Source: Rhynchopus sp. YZ270_cl-10
Lineage: Eukaryota
Direction: 5' to 3'
Assembly: GCA_964035575.1 (NCBI GenBank)
Contig: OZ037834.1
Span: forward strand, 1,612,001-1,676,000
Length of the DNA: 64,000 nt
How positions within the stretch are numbered: the stretch's first letter is position 1; every line of letters starts with the position of its first letter. Position numbers and translations under genes: made by a program. Shown piece after piece: positions 12,151 to 23,805 of this stretch. The notes under the pieces are model-generated. The model did not search any database. It was given only the letters and a program-made list of their open reading frames with translations, and was not told the origin of the DNA.

Positions 12151-12756
12151 ATGGGTGCATGCGGGAGTCAAGATGCAAAACAACCAACAAACACGACACC
12201 AAAGGGCGTATTGCGAAAGAAAACTGGGATTAAGGTAGGTGGGGAGGGCCCGCCTCTGGTGGTGCTGGACTTTGACTTAACGCTGACGAGCGTGCATTGT
12301 GGGAAGCGGAAGATGGGGGTGGAGGAGTGTGTGCAGATGGGGGCGGCCGCGATATTTGACACACCACCCGGACGGTTGAGGAGCATTGAGACGTTTTTAT
12401 CAGATCTTTCTACCGACACTGCGGCGACGGTGGTGGTGTTGACATTGAATACACGCGATGTGGTGCAGGCGTGCCTCAATATTGCAGGGCTTGCACAATA
12501 CGTTGACAAAATCATTTCCTGCAGCTCCGGCAAAAAGGGCGAACGTGTCATGCAGCTGGTCAACGAGCTAGCACCCATTCGCGTCGTCTTCGCAGACGAC
12601 GACGAACGCAACACACAAGACGTCAAACAGTACGTCACCAACGGCTGCGTTCTCCTCGTCTCCGGCACGCAAGGCCTCCAACCACGTCATATGGAATGGC
12701 TCTTCTACGCTGCAAAAGGCGAACTAAATACTTATCACGAAATGCGCTCTCAATGA
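12151..12756 (+). CDS. HAD-superfamily phosphatase with N-terminal acylation motif
   Basis: ATG at 12151 (MGACGS). HAD motif I VVLDFDLTLT, motif II VLTLN, motif III Lys (KKG) and motif IV VFADDDERN. Confidence 0.75.
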   Translation: MGACGSQDAKQPTNTTPKGVLRKKTGIKVGGEGPPLVVLDFDLTLTSVHCGKRKMGVEECVQMGAAAIFDTPPGRLRSIETFLSDLSTDTAATVVVLTLNTRDVVQACLNIAGLAQYVDKIISCSSGKKGERVMQLVNELAPIRVVFADDDERNTQDVKQYVTNGCVLLVSGTQGLQPRHMEWLFYAAKGELNTYHEMRSQ

Positions 12757-13745
12757 AGAAAAAATCCCTCATTCTCTCCATGATGAATTGCCTTAGCTTT
12801 GTGGAGTTTCCCATAACGCAAGATAAGGTAGGGTGTTGCAAAATGTTTTGCATCTCTTGGTGATAGGTTTTGGGGGGGGTTTTTTAGGGAGGGGTTTTTT
12901 CGATATTCTCATATTGGTGCAGTCTAGAAAGGTCTGCAGTTAGGGAGGGTGTGTGTGTGTGGGTGGGGGGTGGGGGGTGGGGTGGGCTCTGACACAACTT
13001 GATACGGATCGAACGTCAAAATTATATACAAAAATCTTGACGTATGTGGTACATGCTTGCGGTTTCAGATCAAGGGGATTGTGTGTGTGTTCGAAAGCAG
13101 GGTGTAGTTCCTTAGGAATATTATCCAGCATGTGGCTGTTTTGATAGTAAATGTGGGTTATCCCTAGTGTTAGGGGAAAAAAACGGCCCATTGTGTATGT
13201 GTGTTCTATTTGCCTTCTTAGGTACGTTCCTCTGTCAAAGGTTTCGAAAGGTTACTAAACACGCGAAGCTTTGGTTTATGCTCATACCACCTTTTCTAGA
13301 CAAGGTGATTAAGCATGAGAGGCTTAGGGTCATCTTATAAACTTTTCTTTTTTCTTTTCTGTGGGTCTACCCCGGTACAGCCGGTCATACCAAGGTACAC
13401 TGTTCACGAGAGGGGGCTTTGTATTTCAACTCTACTTTTCTTTGGGATATAATGGTAAGCATGATGCCGTAGTACCTGTATTGAGCCTAATGTATTAGGA
13501 AAAAAATGAAAATGAGAAGTGGAGGGTAAGTCGCGAACTCGACACCAAAGAGCATTTATTTTCCCCTATGGGGTCTTTACTGCATTGAGAGAAGGTTTTC
13601 AATTTGACAAAAATTGATTAATGTAATCGATGTCATGCAAAAAATCCCGCTTTTTTACCCAATATTTCTGAGTGAACAGTTGAACAACATTCTATATGAT
13701 TGCGTCGGTGTGCAAAACGTTGCGCACCCTTTTTTTCCTACTTTT

Positions 13746-14276
13746 TGAGGTGATCCAGCGCACACTTTTCCACACTTTTTCACACCGTGAAAACATGTGA
13801 AAATAAGTGAAAACGTGTGAAACCAAGGTGAAAATGTGTGAAATCAAGTGAAAATGTGTGAAACCAAGTGAAAACATGTGAATCCAAGTGAAAATGTGTG
13901 AAACCAAGTGAAAACATGTGAATCCAAGTGAAAATATGTGAAACCATGTGAAAATGTGTGAAACCATGTGAAACCAAGTGAAACCATGTGAAACCATGTG
14001 AAAACATGTGAAACCAAGTGAAAATGTGTGAAACCATGTGAAAACACCAAGTTTTTTTTCTGGAGGAATCCACTCAGAGTGCGTGAAGCAGTTTTTTTTT
14101 CACTTTCGTACACACTTTTTCACACCGTGAAAACATGTGAAAATAAGTGAAAACGTGTGAAACCAAGGTGAAAATGTGTGAAACCAAGTGAAAATGTGTG
14201 AAACCATGTGAAAATGTGTGAAAATGTGTGAAACCAAGTGAAAATGTGTGAAAAAGCGTGAGACTGGATCACCTCA
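13746..14276. repeat. Minisatellite (10-12 nt GTGAAA-core units, two blocks) enclosed by terminal inverted repeats
   Basis: Tandem GTGAAACCAA/GTGAAAATGT variants at ~13787-14044 and ~14127-14256. Ends are TGAGGTGATCCAG / CTGGATCACCTCA, flanked by CTTTT on both sides. Confidence 0.8.
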
Positions 14277-15435
14277 CTTTTCCACAAAAAAAAAAAAAAA
14301 TCAATTCCTACTTCTCTGTTGGAAGGAGGTGTGTAATTTGTCTCTGTGACGCATTTCATCATTTCATATCTTCTGTTGTGTTAAGATGCGTGTGTATGCC
14401 TTGTGCGGCTTTTGCATCTTATTTTGCAAAAAAAAAGAAATAAAACTTTCTCTCTTTCCCTCACATTTGTTTTAATACGAAGGCAGATTATCACAGTGTG
14501 GTATCTGATCATTCTCTTCAGTTTTCATGTTACCCCACACCCCACCTTAAAAACCCCCTCCTCTTTTGAATTGAACGAAAAAGAACAAGAACGTCCGTCA
14601 ATTCCGTTTTAACAAACCCCTTTGTCAAAGGGACTCTTGCTCGCACATCTGGCGTGCGCACTTCGGCACGTGCCCTGATTGATCTTCTCAGAAACTAGCA
14701 ACTGCTGCCTGAGTTAAAAAAAAGGGGATCAATGAATCAATGACTTCGGTACCGCTCATCATACTCTATCTGCAGTTGCCCTCCTTTCTTTTCTCCCCTC
14801 TATTTTTCTTTTCTTTTTGACGGAAACCAAAGAAAGCTGCAAAATACATAGTATCTCACGAGTAACCAAGTACTCAGGCCCTCTTCGATTGAGGGTAAAT
14901 TTTACTTATATGATATGTGTACACAACGACGCTCATGTATCGTGCATTGTTTTCGTTCAATTTTGTTTGGTCAAACGCGACCAGGCTTTTTCGCTCCGGT
15001 ATTATGCCCAACAGAGTTTGGAAAAAAGGTTAAACCTGAGACATAAGGAAAGTGTTTTCATCGAGCGAGAAAAATGTTTGTTGTTCTCAATCGGAAAAAC
15101 CCTGGTCAAAAAAATGCTCGTAAAATGCAAAATGGCGAAGGTTTCGCCTTTACCCTACCTTTACCAAGCAGTAACGGAAAAAAAGGTACACAGGGAATTT
15201 TTTTTTATGCCCTCCGACCCTATCTTATTTAGCGATACGCCTGAACATGGCTCCAAACTCTAGTGAGCACTGTGCGTCTCCTGAAAGATCTAAAAGGGGT
15301 TCAGGTAGATGAGATATTTCTTTACATTTTTTCCTTTTTTCTACGGGTATGCAGAAGAAGAGGTACGTTCATCGTTCAAGGGGAGGGGGGTTATTTTTAA
15401 AATAAAATCCGTCTTTTCGTTTTTGCAGAGTAAAT

Positions 15436-15487
15436 AGTGCCTTACGTCTCGCCGGTGTCCCGGTGAGATGTTTGCACTTTCAACTTC
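15436..15487 (+). repeat. Hairpin family C representative (AGTGC..hairpin..GTTTGCACTTTCAACTT)
   Basis: Related copies at ~33745, 38052, 48787 and 49275, all on the + strand. Confidence 0.8.
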
Positions 15488-15553
15488 TCATTTTGTTCGG
15501 TTCTGTCTTCCGTTTTTTCAGAATTGGTTTTGTTTTCGTTTTTTTGTTTTATT

Positions 15554-15796
15554 GGGATAAGGACAGTCTGGCCACACTAAGTGTGGCTTTTTGGACAGTA
15601 TGGGCCCAAAAGGTTTTGATAAAGACTTCTCGGGATTCAACCAGAACCCCGAGAACCCACATAAAACCCAAGAGCCTGCTGGGTCTGAACTGTCTTTCTG
15701 TCAAATATTTTGGATCTAAACTGTCTTTCATAAAACGTTTTGGGCCCATACTGTCCAAAAAAAGCCACACTTAGTGGGCCAGACTGTCCTTGTCCC
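15554..15796. mobile_element. MITE with ~55 bp TIRs (possibly Mutator-like)
   Basis: GGGATAAGGACAGTCTGGCCACACTAAGTGTGGC...GGGCCCAAAA and its near-inverse at the right end; GGG/CCC termini; only a degenerate 9-bp T-rich flank duplication. Confidence 0.75.
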
Positions 15797-17094
15797 TTTT
15801 GTATTTTGTTTTTTTTGTTCTTGTCTTTCACCCCCTTCCCCAGATCCCTGCTCTTTCGCATTTACTGTGATAATGTGTCCACGAGGTGCGATGGATTCAT
15901 TTTTTTTTTTTTTCAAGTTTTCACCTTTTTTAAAAACTGACTGTACCAATGTGCACACAGTTCCTGATTTTTTTGGTGATTAAACATGAGAGTCTTTTGG
16001 CCATGATTTTCTTGACCAACTTTTGGCAACTGTCGTGAGGGCGGGCCTGGGGATGTGGATCGTTCCCCCAGAGAGCTGGGAAGGGATGATCCTGAGGAAG
16101 ATATAGAGAACGATGCATAAAATCAGAGGGCAGACCATCCTACGATATCCTCTACAAGGATGATCAAGAGGACGACCCTCGAGCATCAATCCCCTTGGAG
16201 CATATCGCCGGTGCCCCCCCCACTACGGTAAAACCCTGGGGCACGTTGTTACGAATCCGCCCTCCGACCTCGTCATTCGCGACGGAGATGACGCGGACAT
16301 GGCAGAAGGGGAAAGGCCGCTGACGGAGTAGTGTTGGCCAAACGGGGTGTCATTGGATCATATGACTGCAGTGGCTTCCACGCACCCTGTTCGTCTTTGG
16401 TGTGAAAAGGCGCAGGGTGAATGGGTAGGAAAAAAGTTATGCGGAAACCAGGAAAAAGTACAGAAGAGGTGGGAAAATCGATGGTGGACACTACTCTCAC
16501 ATCCTCTCTGAACTACGTCTTTTCCTTCCGTAGTACAAGAAGGCTTTTTTTTTGGCCTCCGTTGAGTACACCCTAGTTTCCCACCTCGGTGGGTCCTTAG
16601 GCGATTGTTGACACAACAACAACACAAAAAAAAACAATGATTATTTTTCGAACGCAACAACTCTATTGGCACAGAGTTTCTCCCCCCTCGCCGTATTTTC
16701 TTTAAAAGAAGAGGTGCATTGGCACATTCATATTACAAATTTTTTCTCTCCCCCCCCTTCTCCCCCCATTATTGCCTCGTTCGTGCAAACGGGTTGCCAA
16801 AGAAAAAAAGGACCTTTTTAAAACTATAACAGCATTGCCAAGAGGGAATAGAATCAACGGAAGGTGCCTGCTAAATTGTTTTTCATCCAGTATTCATCCA
16901 GCACCTCACTAACGTCTCTCTGACGTTTCAGTGGTCGTCTCATAGTGTGTCCCTCCTATCAGGCAGCCTTTTTCAGATGGCCCAATATCCTGAAGGCAAA
17001 TTCCATTTGAAATGTTTTTTTCTTTTTTTATTCCATTAAATTCCGCCTCCAATTTATATCTTAGACAGCGAATACACAAAAAAATCATTAAAAA

Positions 17095-17970
17095 ATGCGT
17101 CGAAATATCGCCTCCCTTCGCACCCTACACACTGCTTCTGGCCGATCCACTGCAGGGTCTACACCTAGTCCCCTCCCGCATATCTCTCAGCTTTGTACCC
17201 GCAGCTATCACGACACATCAGAGGGGTATGAACAGCCACAGAGTGCGCCGTCTTTGCATTTACCGCCTTACTTTGAGTTGAAGGAGCTGGGAAACAATTT
17301 TCGGTATAAGACTGACCCTTCGTGGGTGATTGATGTGATCCAGAAGGACTGTGTGCGGGAGGAGGGTTTGACGTATGTGGCTGAGGCAGCGACGTACAGT
17401 GTGACGTTCTTTCAGTTGGTAAACTATTGTGCAAAACGGGGGTATGAAGTCTCAGCGTATGGAGTGCAGGAAGCCTCTGGGAATGCAAGAGGGTCACGAC
17501 GGTGGGCAGTGTTGCACAGCAAAGAGCTGCAGAGTCTTCATATGAGCTCTGCGGCACCACCAATGCAAGCGGATCCGTACAATTCAAACAGAACCTCACA
17601 GCATGAAATCGCAAAGGGAATTGAAAACGGGAAGTACCTCAAATGGAATGACGAAGTGGTTCCCACAGAGCGGCGGATGAAGGCAGAGGACATGGTGTTC
17701 TACGATGTGGCAGAGAACGCCCCGGTGGCTGCGGGGGCGGTGGATGCGGAGGTGGTGGTGCAAGGCGACAAGGGGGTCGTGGAGAGCTCTAGCAGCTCCC
17801 TCGGGGCCTTTGCAGCCGAGGTCCACGCCCGCGCAGAAGAAAACCTCACAGAACGGATGCGCGACGTCGTAGCAGACGACTCCCTAGAACGGACGAGGGA
17901 GGGGAGGAATGTGACCGGAAGGTATATGGTATGTAGAGGGAAAGGGTTAGGGGGGGGGGATAATGTGTGA
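17095..17970 (+). CDS. Hypothetical protein, possibly mitochondrion-targeted (3' end may be spliced)
   Basis: 291-codon ORF with coding-like composition. The N-terminus is rich in Arg/Ser/Thr and lacks acidic residues. A GTATGT donor-like site lies at 17929. No domain recognised. Confidence 0.6.
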   Translation: MRRNIASLRTLHTASGRSTAGSTPSPLPHISQLCTRSYHDTSEGYEQPQSAPSLHLPPYFELKELGNNFRYKTDPSWVIDVIQKDCVREEGLTYVAEAATYSVTFFQLVNYCAKRGYEVSAYGVQEASGNARGSRRWAVLHSKELQSLHMSSAAPPMQADPYNSNRTSQHEIAKGIENGKYLKWNDEVVPTERRMKAEDMVFYDVAENAPVAAGAVDAEVVVQGDKGVVESSSSSLGAFAAEVHARAEENLTERMRDVVADDSLERTREGRNVTGRYMVCRGKGLGGGDNV

Positions 17971-18759
17971 TGAAGGTGGTAATGAGGTTTGTTGTGGGTG
18001 TGTGCGGATCCATGCACAGTATGCTCCTCCGATTAGGGATCTTCCCGCAGTGTGGGGGCAACGTTTCTTCCCCAGGTGAACTGTTCCATGGGATTCTTAC
18101 TAAAAAATACCGTATGGAGTTCATACGGAAAAAAAAAGCGAGGTGTCTCCATCAATTATCAAAAAAATAATTAAAGTGAACCAACGAAATAAAACATCAT
18201 TCATCACAGCAACCGGATTTGTCATTGAAAATGCCGACAGACGAGAAGTGGAAGCGGGGGTTGTGATCAAAATGAGCGAAGAGCGAGTAGAGCGAGATGA
18301 AAATATTGTTGCATATTTCGACACCGTCAGACAAGAAGGGGGAAAAAAGGATGGACAAAAAAAATTCCCGATTTAGGATATAGCCTGAGAAAAAAAACCC
18401 ACTCTGCTTGTTGGCAGAGTAAAAGGGGTCTTTTTCTTTTGTCCTAAACCTCGTTCCGCTTATCTATTATTCTACAAGCATACCCTAGCCCTTAAAGGTA
18501 GTATCTTTTTGGTCCAGCTGATCCACCAATCTACCCCTTAGTAACTGAGATCTTCCAAAAAAAAAAAAAAAGCCCCCCTATCACCGCTTTCAGATTCTTT
18601 TTGCCTCCCTCATTGTGGTACCCATCATAATACATAATAGCTGTATTGTGATGTTACGTATTGTGGCAATTATTGTATACTTTTTGCCCACCATTATCCC
18701 TCATTTCAAAACTTCAACCAACATCGATTTTTGTCGAAGAAAAAACACACACACACACA

Positions 18760-19413
18760 ATGGCATCGACTCAACCTACCCTGAAGTTATTATACTTTGA
18801 TCTTCCTGGGAAAGCCGAGCCGACCAGATTATGCGCTCACATCGGTGGGTTTGAGCTTGAAGACGTTAGAGTCACCTTCGCTGAATGGAGTGAGCACTAC
18901 AAACCTTCTGTCCAACCCATGCAACTTCCTGTGTTATGGGTTAATGGAGAGCCATTAGGTCAGAGCGTAGCACAGACACGCTATATCGCTAACTTAGCAG
19001 GGTTGTATCCTAAGGACCCTGAAGACGCGTTGAGGGCTGATGAACTGATTGATTACGTTCAGGAGCTTTTTATTCCGTTGGGAAAAGCTTTTACTATGCA
19101 GGATGAGGCGGAGAAGATGGCGTACCGTGCGGCCATGGTGGCCGAAGGGGGGGATATGTGGAAGTGGATTGTGCTGCTCGACCAGAGGCTGGAAGGGCGG
19201 GACTACGCAGTGGGTGACTCCCTTACAGTTGCAGATATCGACATCTTCTGCACTATTCAGCCACTGCGCTCAGAATGGCTAGAAGGTGTCTCCCCTAACT
19301 GCCTCGATTCCTTCAAAAACATTCAGCGCCACCGAGACCTAATCGCCAACCTCGATCAGGTAAAATCTAAATACGAAAACGCAACTGGAATTCATTCGAT
19401 TTTCAAACCTTAA
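18760..19413 (+). CDS. Glutathione S-transferase (sigma-like)
   Basis: KLLYFDLPGKAEPTRL, QLPVL, QSVAQTRY, AGLYP and YAVGDSLTVADI motifs; ATG at 18760. Confidence 0.92.
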   Translation: MASTQPTLKLLYFDLPGKAEPTRLCAHIGGFELEDVRVTFAEWSEHYKPSVQPMQLPVLWVNGEPLGQSVAQTRYIANLAGLYPKDPEDALRADELIDYVQELFIPLGKAFTMQDEAEKMAYRAAMVAEGGDMWKWIVLLDQRLEGRDYAVGDSLTVADIDIFCTIQPLRSEWLEGVSPNCLDSFKNIQRHRDLIANLDQVKSKYENATGIHSIFKP

Positions 19414-19649
19414 AAAATTAACCGCAGAGCTGTTGTTTCTTTTTCATACCGGGGGGGTGGTATTGATAATATTTACCCCCATTTTTTGATTTTTTGCACC
19501 GTTGTCCCATTTATCTTCTTATCTAGCTTCCGACGGAGTAAAATTAGGGTTTTGTGGGGGTAAGGAGGAGGAGGGGAGGGAGGGAGGGAGGGGGAATGAG
19601 AGAAAGGGAGTGTTCCTTTATAGGTCTTATGCTGATTTTTGTGCTTTCC

Positions 19650-19703
19650 ATCCGGATAGCTGGCATCGTACGGTGGGTCAGTCGGAGGTGTGCCTGCAGC
19701 AAT
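19650..19703 (+). repeat. Hairpin family F representative (CATCCGGATGGCTGGCAT..GGGTCAGTCGGAGG)
   Basis: Related copies at ~4748, 55320 (partial), 56515 and 59853, all on the + strand. Confidence 0.8.
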
Positions 19704-20411
19704 ATATATGTTGCCTTTTTTGTTGTAGAGTGTGTGCTTTTTTTCCTTGTTTTTTTTGTGAGAAAAAGAAGCAGTACATAACATACGTTGTATTTCTCGA
19801 TGGTGATGTATACACAAACAAGCCATGTTTCTAAAACAAAGGGTAGAATTCCTTTTTGTGTAGGTGTGACAAAGAAAAGTGCCCTATCCCCCCTTTTTTT
19901 TGATCTGTTTCCCTATTTTTTTTCTCTCCTTTTTTTGGTAAAGAGTTCTGTCCTTGAGAGAGATGTCTGTCGTAAAATTGAAAAACTTGATCCATCCCCG
20001 CAAAAAGAAAAAACTAGCAAAAGAGAAGGATGTACCAAGGTGTGCAGAGAGTGTCTTTGATCCCATTTACTGAGCTTATACCGGACAAAGACATAGCCGT
20101 ACCTGAGAGATGTCTGTCCTGTAGTGCTCTCGTCTTCTCTGTGGATGTGAATCCAAATTCAAGGAAAGGTAAAGAGGTAGGGTGGGGTTCGGCAGGCCCT
20201 CCGTACAATGGTGGTGTAATGGCAGAGGTGTCTCGTGTGGTGGTGTGTTGCTTCGTCACAGTGTGCCGTCAAAGGGGTGTTCTTTGGGGGGGGTAAGGGA
20301 TGGCTTGTGGGTGGAGGGAGGGGGGTCACGTTGCTTGCTCTCCTCCTTCACTCACAAAACAGTGTGTGTCCAGGGGGGTCTTACACTAGAGGGGGGGGGA
20401 GGTGTTCCTAA

Positions 20412-21251
20412 ATGCGTGTTCTCTTCATCCGCCATGCTGAGTCCCTGAACAACATTCTGCTCGCACAGCTGCGCCAGAAGATGCGTGAAGGCAGCATGGA
20501 CAGGGTTGCTATGCTGGCCGAGTTCTGGGCCACCCGCTCGCTTGACCCAGCAGTCAGCACACAGGGTCTGCATGAGTCTGCTCTGTTGGGCGCACACATC
20601 GCACCGGGGCTGAAGGAGACAGGGGCAGTGATTTACGTGTCTGGGATGGAGCGGACCACGATCACCGCACTGCCTCTTGTGGAGACGCTGCGCAGTCTTG
20701 GCACACCGCCCACTGTGCGCGTGCACCCTGAGCTGCACGAGGAGGGCGGCATGTTTGCAACAAACCCTACAACAGGCAAGCACCACGTCCCTGAGGGCAT
20801 CCGGTCTGGAGATGCGATCCACAAGGCTTACGGGTGGGACACATCACTCCTCCCAGCAGGCGACGTGCCGTGGTACACACCTCCACGCGCAAACGAACGT
20901 GAGACTGCGGAAGAATGTGTGGAACGGGCACGGCGCTTTGCATCGTGGCTGCGCAGCGATGCACTGCAGGAGGAGGTGGGGAGTCGGACGTTGGTCCTCT
21001 TTTCGCATCAGGGGTTCATTTCGATGGTGCTGTCGGTGTTGCTTGGTGCGGCAAAGGTGACTACGACACAGTTTCTCACTGGGAACACTGAGACCAGTCT
21101 GCTCACTGTGCCTGCAGAGTCCACAGAGGATGCAGTAGAGTCAGAGTGGCTAGCGAATGGCGAACACCTCCAAGGCAGCAGACCCTCCTCCCCCATCTCC
21201 CCCAATCACACACTTACACACAACAGTGAAGAGAATACCCATACACTATAA
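20412..21251 (+). CDS. Histidine phosphatase (phosphoglycerate mutase family), tandem copy 1
   Basis: LFIRHAES, SGMERT..TA, PELHE, ET..E...RA and FSHQG motifs. Confidence 0.85.
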   Translation: MRVLFIRHAESLNNILLAQLRQKMREGSMDRVAMLAEFWATRSLDPAVSTQGLHESALLGAHIAPGLKETGAVIYVSGMERTTITALPLVETLRSLGTPPTVRVHPELHEEGGMFATNPTTGKHHVPEGIRSGDAIHKAYGWDTSLLPAGDVPWYTPPRANERETAEECVERARRFASWLRSDALQEEVGSRTLVLFSHQGFISMVLSVLLGAAKVTTTQFLTGNTETSLLTVPAESTEDAVESEWLANGEHLQGSRPSSPISPNHTLTHNSEENTHTL

Positions 21252-21281
21252 AAAAAAAACAGCAAACAAAACGATTAAAAA

Positions 21282-22073
21282 ATGCGTGTTCTCTTCATCC
21301 GCCACGCTGAGTCCCTGAACAACATTCTGCTCGCACAGCTGCGCCAGAAGATGCGTGACGGCAGCATGGACAGGGCGGCTGTGCTGGCCGAGTTCTGGGC
21401 CACCCGCTCGCTTGACCCAGCAGTCAGCACACAGGGTCTGCATGAGTCTGCTCTGTTGGGTGCACACATCGCACCGGGGCTGAAGGAGACAGGGGCAGTG
21501 ATTTACGTGTCTGGGATGGAGCGGACCACGATCACCGCACTGCCTCTTGTGGAGACGCTGCGCAGTCTTGGCACACCACCCACCGTGCGCGTGCACCCTG
21601 AGCTGCACGAGGAGGGCGGCATGTTTGCAACAAACCCTACAACAGGCAAGCACCACGTCCCTGAGGGCATCCGGTCTGGAGATGCAATCCACAAGGCTTA
21701 CGGGTGGGACACATCACTCCTCCCAGCAGGCGACGTGCCGTGGTACACACCTCCACGCGCAAACGAACGTGAGACTGCGGAAGAATGTGTGGAACGGGCA
21801 CGGCGCTTTGCATCGTGGCTGCGCAGCGATGCACTGCAGGAGGAGGTGGGGAGTCGGACGTTGGTCCTCTTCTCGCATCAGGGGTTCATTTCGATGGTGC
21901 TGTCGGTTCTGCTTGGTGCGGCAAGGGTGACTACGACACAGTTTCTCACTGGGAACACTGAGACCAGTCTGCTCACTGTGCCTGCAGCGTCGACGAAGGA
22001 CCCGGTTGAGTTCAGATGGATTGCGAATGGCGAGCACCTCCGCAGGCCCTTCCACTCTTTGAGCAAGCTTTGA
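21282..22073 (+). CDS. Histidine phosphatase (phosphoglycerate mutase family), tandem copy 2
   Basis: Near-identical to 20412-21251 over ~700 nt, with a divergent C-terminus (ends SKL). Confidence 0.85.
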   Translation: MRVLFIRHAESLNNILLAQLRQKMRDGSMDRAAVLAEFWATRSLDPAVSTQGLHESALLGAHIAPGLKETGAVIYVSGMERTTITALPLVETLRSLGTPPTVRVHPELHEEGGMFATNPTTGKHHVPEGIRSGDAIHKAYGWDTSLLPAGDVPWYTPPRANERETAEECVERARRFASWLRSDALQEEVGSRTLVLFSHQGFISMVLSVLLGAARVTTTQFLTGNTETSLLTVPAASTKDPVEFRWIANGEHLRRPFHSLSKL

Positions 22074-22076
22074 ACA

Positions 22077-23473
22077 ATGTTTTATCGCACCGCACCCCCC
22101 CCTGAGATCCCCCACCTCACCATACCCAACATTATGGAGCATATTTCCGTAACCCCCTACGATCCATTTTTCCCTCCAAACCCTCCACCCCCACACCCCC
22201 CAACCCTCTCCCACAGCACCACTACACGAATGGGCCAACTGCCCACTCCCCCTTCCTCTCCCCCCTTCTCGGTGAGGTCTTCTTCCCTTTAATGCCACCT
22301 TTTGTTCTTCCGAGGGACCGGGTGCTGCCGACACTGTTCTCGCATAACCCTTATGCGATAAGCAAGTTTGCGCATCAAAAGAGCCGCCCTGCCCCAACGA
22401 CTACTGCAGAGATGGACGACCACGACACGGCACGGCACCTCATACAGGGCATGGAAGGGAAGGGTAGGAGACAACGATCCCGCGAGCTCCACAGCACCCT
22501 ACAACAGCTCCAAAGGGGAGGGGCGAAGATGGGGGAACGCACCTACTCCGTTGCCTTACAACTTCTAGGGCGTGATGGCGACACCATTCGGGCCCAGGCT
22601 TTATACGAAGAGGCTGTTTCGAAGGGGGTAGGGGAAACTACAGGGTTGATTACAGCGTTAATGCTGTCCTACGCTGTGATAGGCGATACTACTACAGTAC
22701 GGCGGTTATGGTTGCGTATAGAGAACGCTATGCAGACCCCTACCATAGCGACCTACACCGTCGCAGTCTCCGCTCATTGCAATGCTGGTGATGAGGCGGG
22801 CGCGATGGAAGTCATTTCAGACGTCTGTGCAGACCCTCTCACACCTGGTGCAGAATTCGTCCACCACCACCCCTTTACCACTCCTGACGTCAGATTCTAC
22901 GCTACCGCGCTCTACGCACCTCGAACCCTCCATCACACTTTAACCTTTTTCTCAAAAATCCCCCCTTCCTTCAAAGAAGCTCCAGTATACAATACACTCC
23001 TCGCAATCCTCTGTTCGCATAAGGAGGTGGACAAGGCTGCAGAGGTTATAAAGGAAATGCAGAAGAAGAAGTTTGCTGTTGGCAGATACGTTGTGCAAGA
23101 CTATTTAGAGCTTCTTGCAATGCAGGGCAGGGTTGAGGATTTGGTGAAAACATTGGAGGGCTCTGGGGGAGATTGGGAGGCGCTATGGGTGGGGAAGAAT
23201 ACCTTGGTGACATTTGTAGGTTTTATGCAGGAATGTCATCCTGGGTTGTACAAGGATCTGTTGCGGGGAGTGTCTGATGAGGTGCGTGCCCGACTGCATG
23301 GTGCAGAGCGAGGGGAGGTGTGGATGGTGGAGCGCGATGGTGGTGGTGGTGGTGATGATGATGAGGATCGCCCTATCCAGCGAAGGGTCTCCCCACCACG
23401 TCCATTACCCCCACCGCGTTCGCCGTTAAATGCATTCCGCTCTGGCCCCATGCCTGGGTTTGGGTTTGCCTAA
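22077..23473 (+). CDS. Pentatricopeptide-repeat (PPR)-like protein
   Basis: Main ORF 22292-23473 has PPR-like motifs (RTYSVALQLLGRDGD, PTIATYTVAVSAHCNAGD, VYNTLLAILC...A..VIKEM). A probable upstream exon 22077-22148 joins 22217 in frame via a GTAACC..CCACAG intron; the start is uncertain. Confidence 0.65.
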
Positions 23474-23805
23474 TAGGTGAGTAGGAGAACCCAAACCCAT
23501 AGGGGGAATGAAGGCCCATAGAGAGTGCCCGAGAATGCGTTGTTGCCTTCTTGGCGCTGTGATACTTCTGGTGATGGAGAGAGAGGGGGAGGGAGGGAGA
23601 GGGAGGGTGTTACAGTGCTTAGGTTCGTCTTGCCACCTTTCTCGTTCCCTATTTTTTCGAATAGGGAGGGTGGCGGGGGTGGAGGGGAGGGGGAAACCCA
23701 GGTTGATGCCTGAAAAATGTACTCGATTTCTCATCTTATTTTTTTTGCTTTTAATTCATTCTGCTGTTTTGATTTTTTTTATGCCCCCCTTTTTTTTTCT
23801 CCCAG

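Noticed and set aside
13692..14362. His/Phe-rich repetitive ORFs; possible CRISPR-like array
   Set aside because: Minisatellite translations; units are contiguous with no unique spacers and there are no cas genes.
18143..18376. 77-aa coding-like ORF as an extra exon of the 17095 gene
   Set aside because: No tested donor/acceptor pair joins it in frame without invoking a homopolymer error.
22290..22294. TAATG stop-start overlap suggesting translational reinitiation
   Set aside because: More simply explained by an in-frame intron at 22149-22216.
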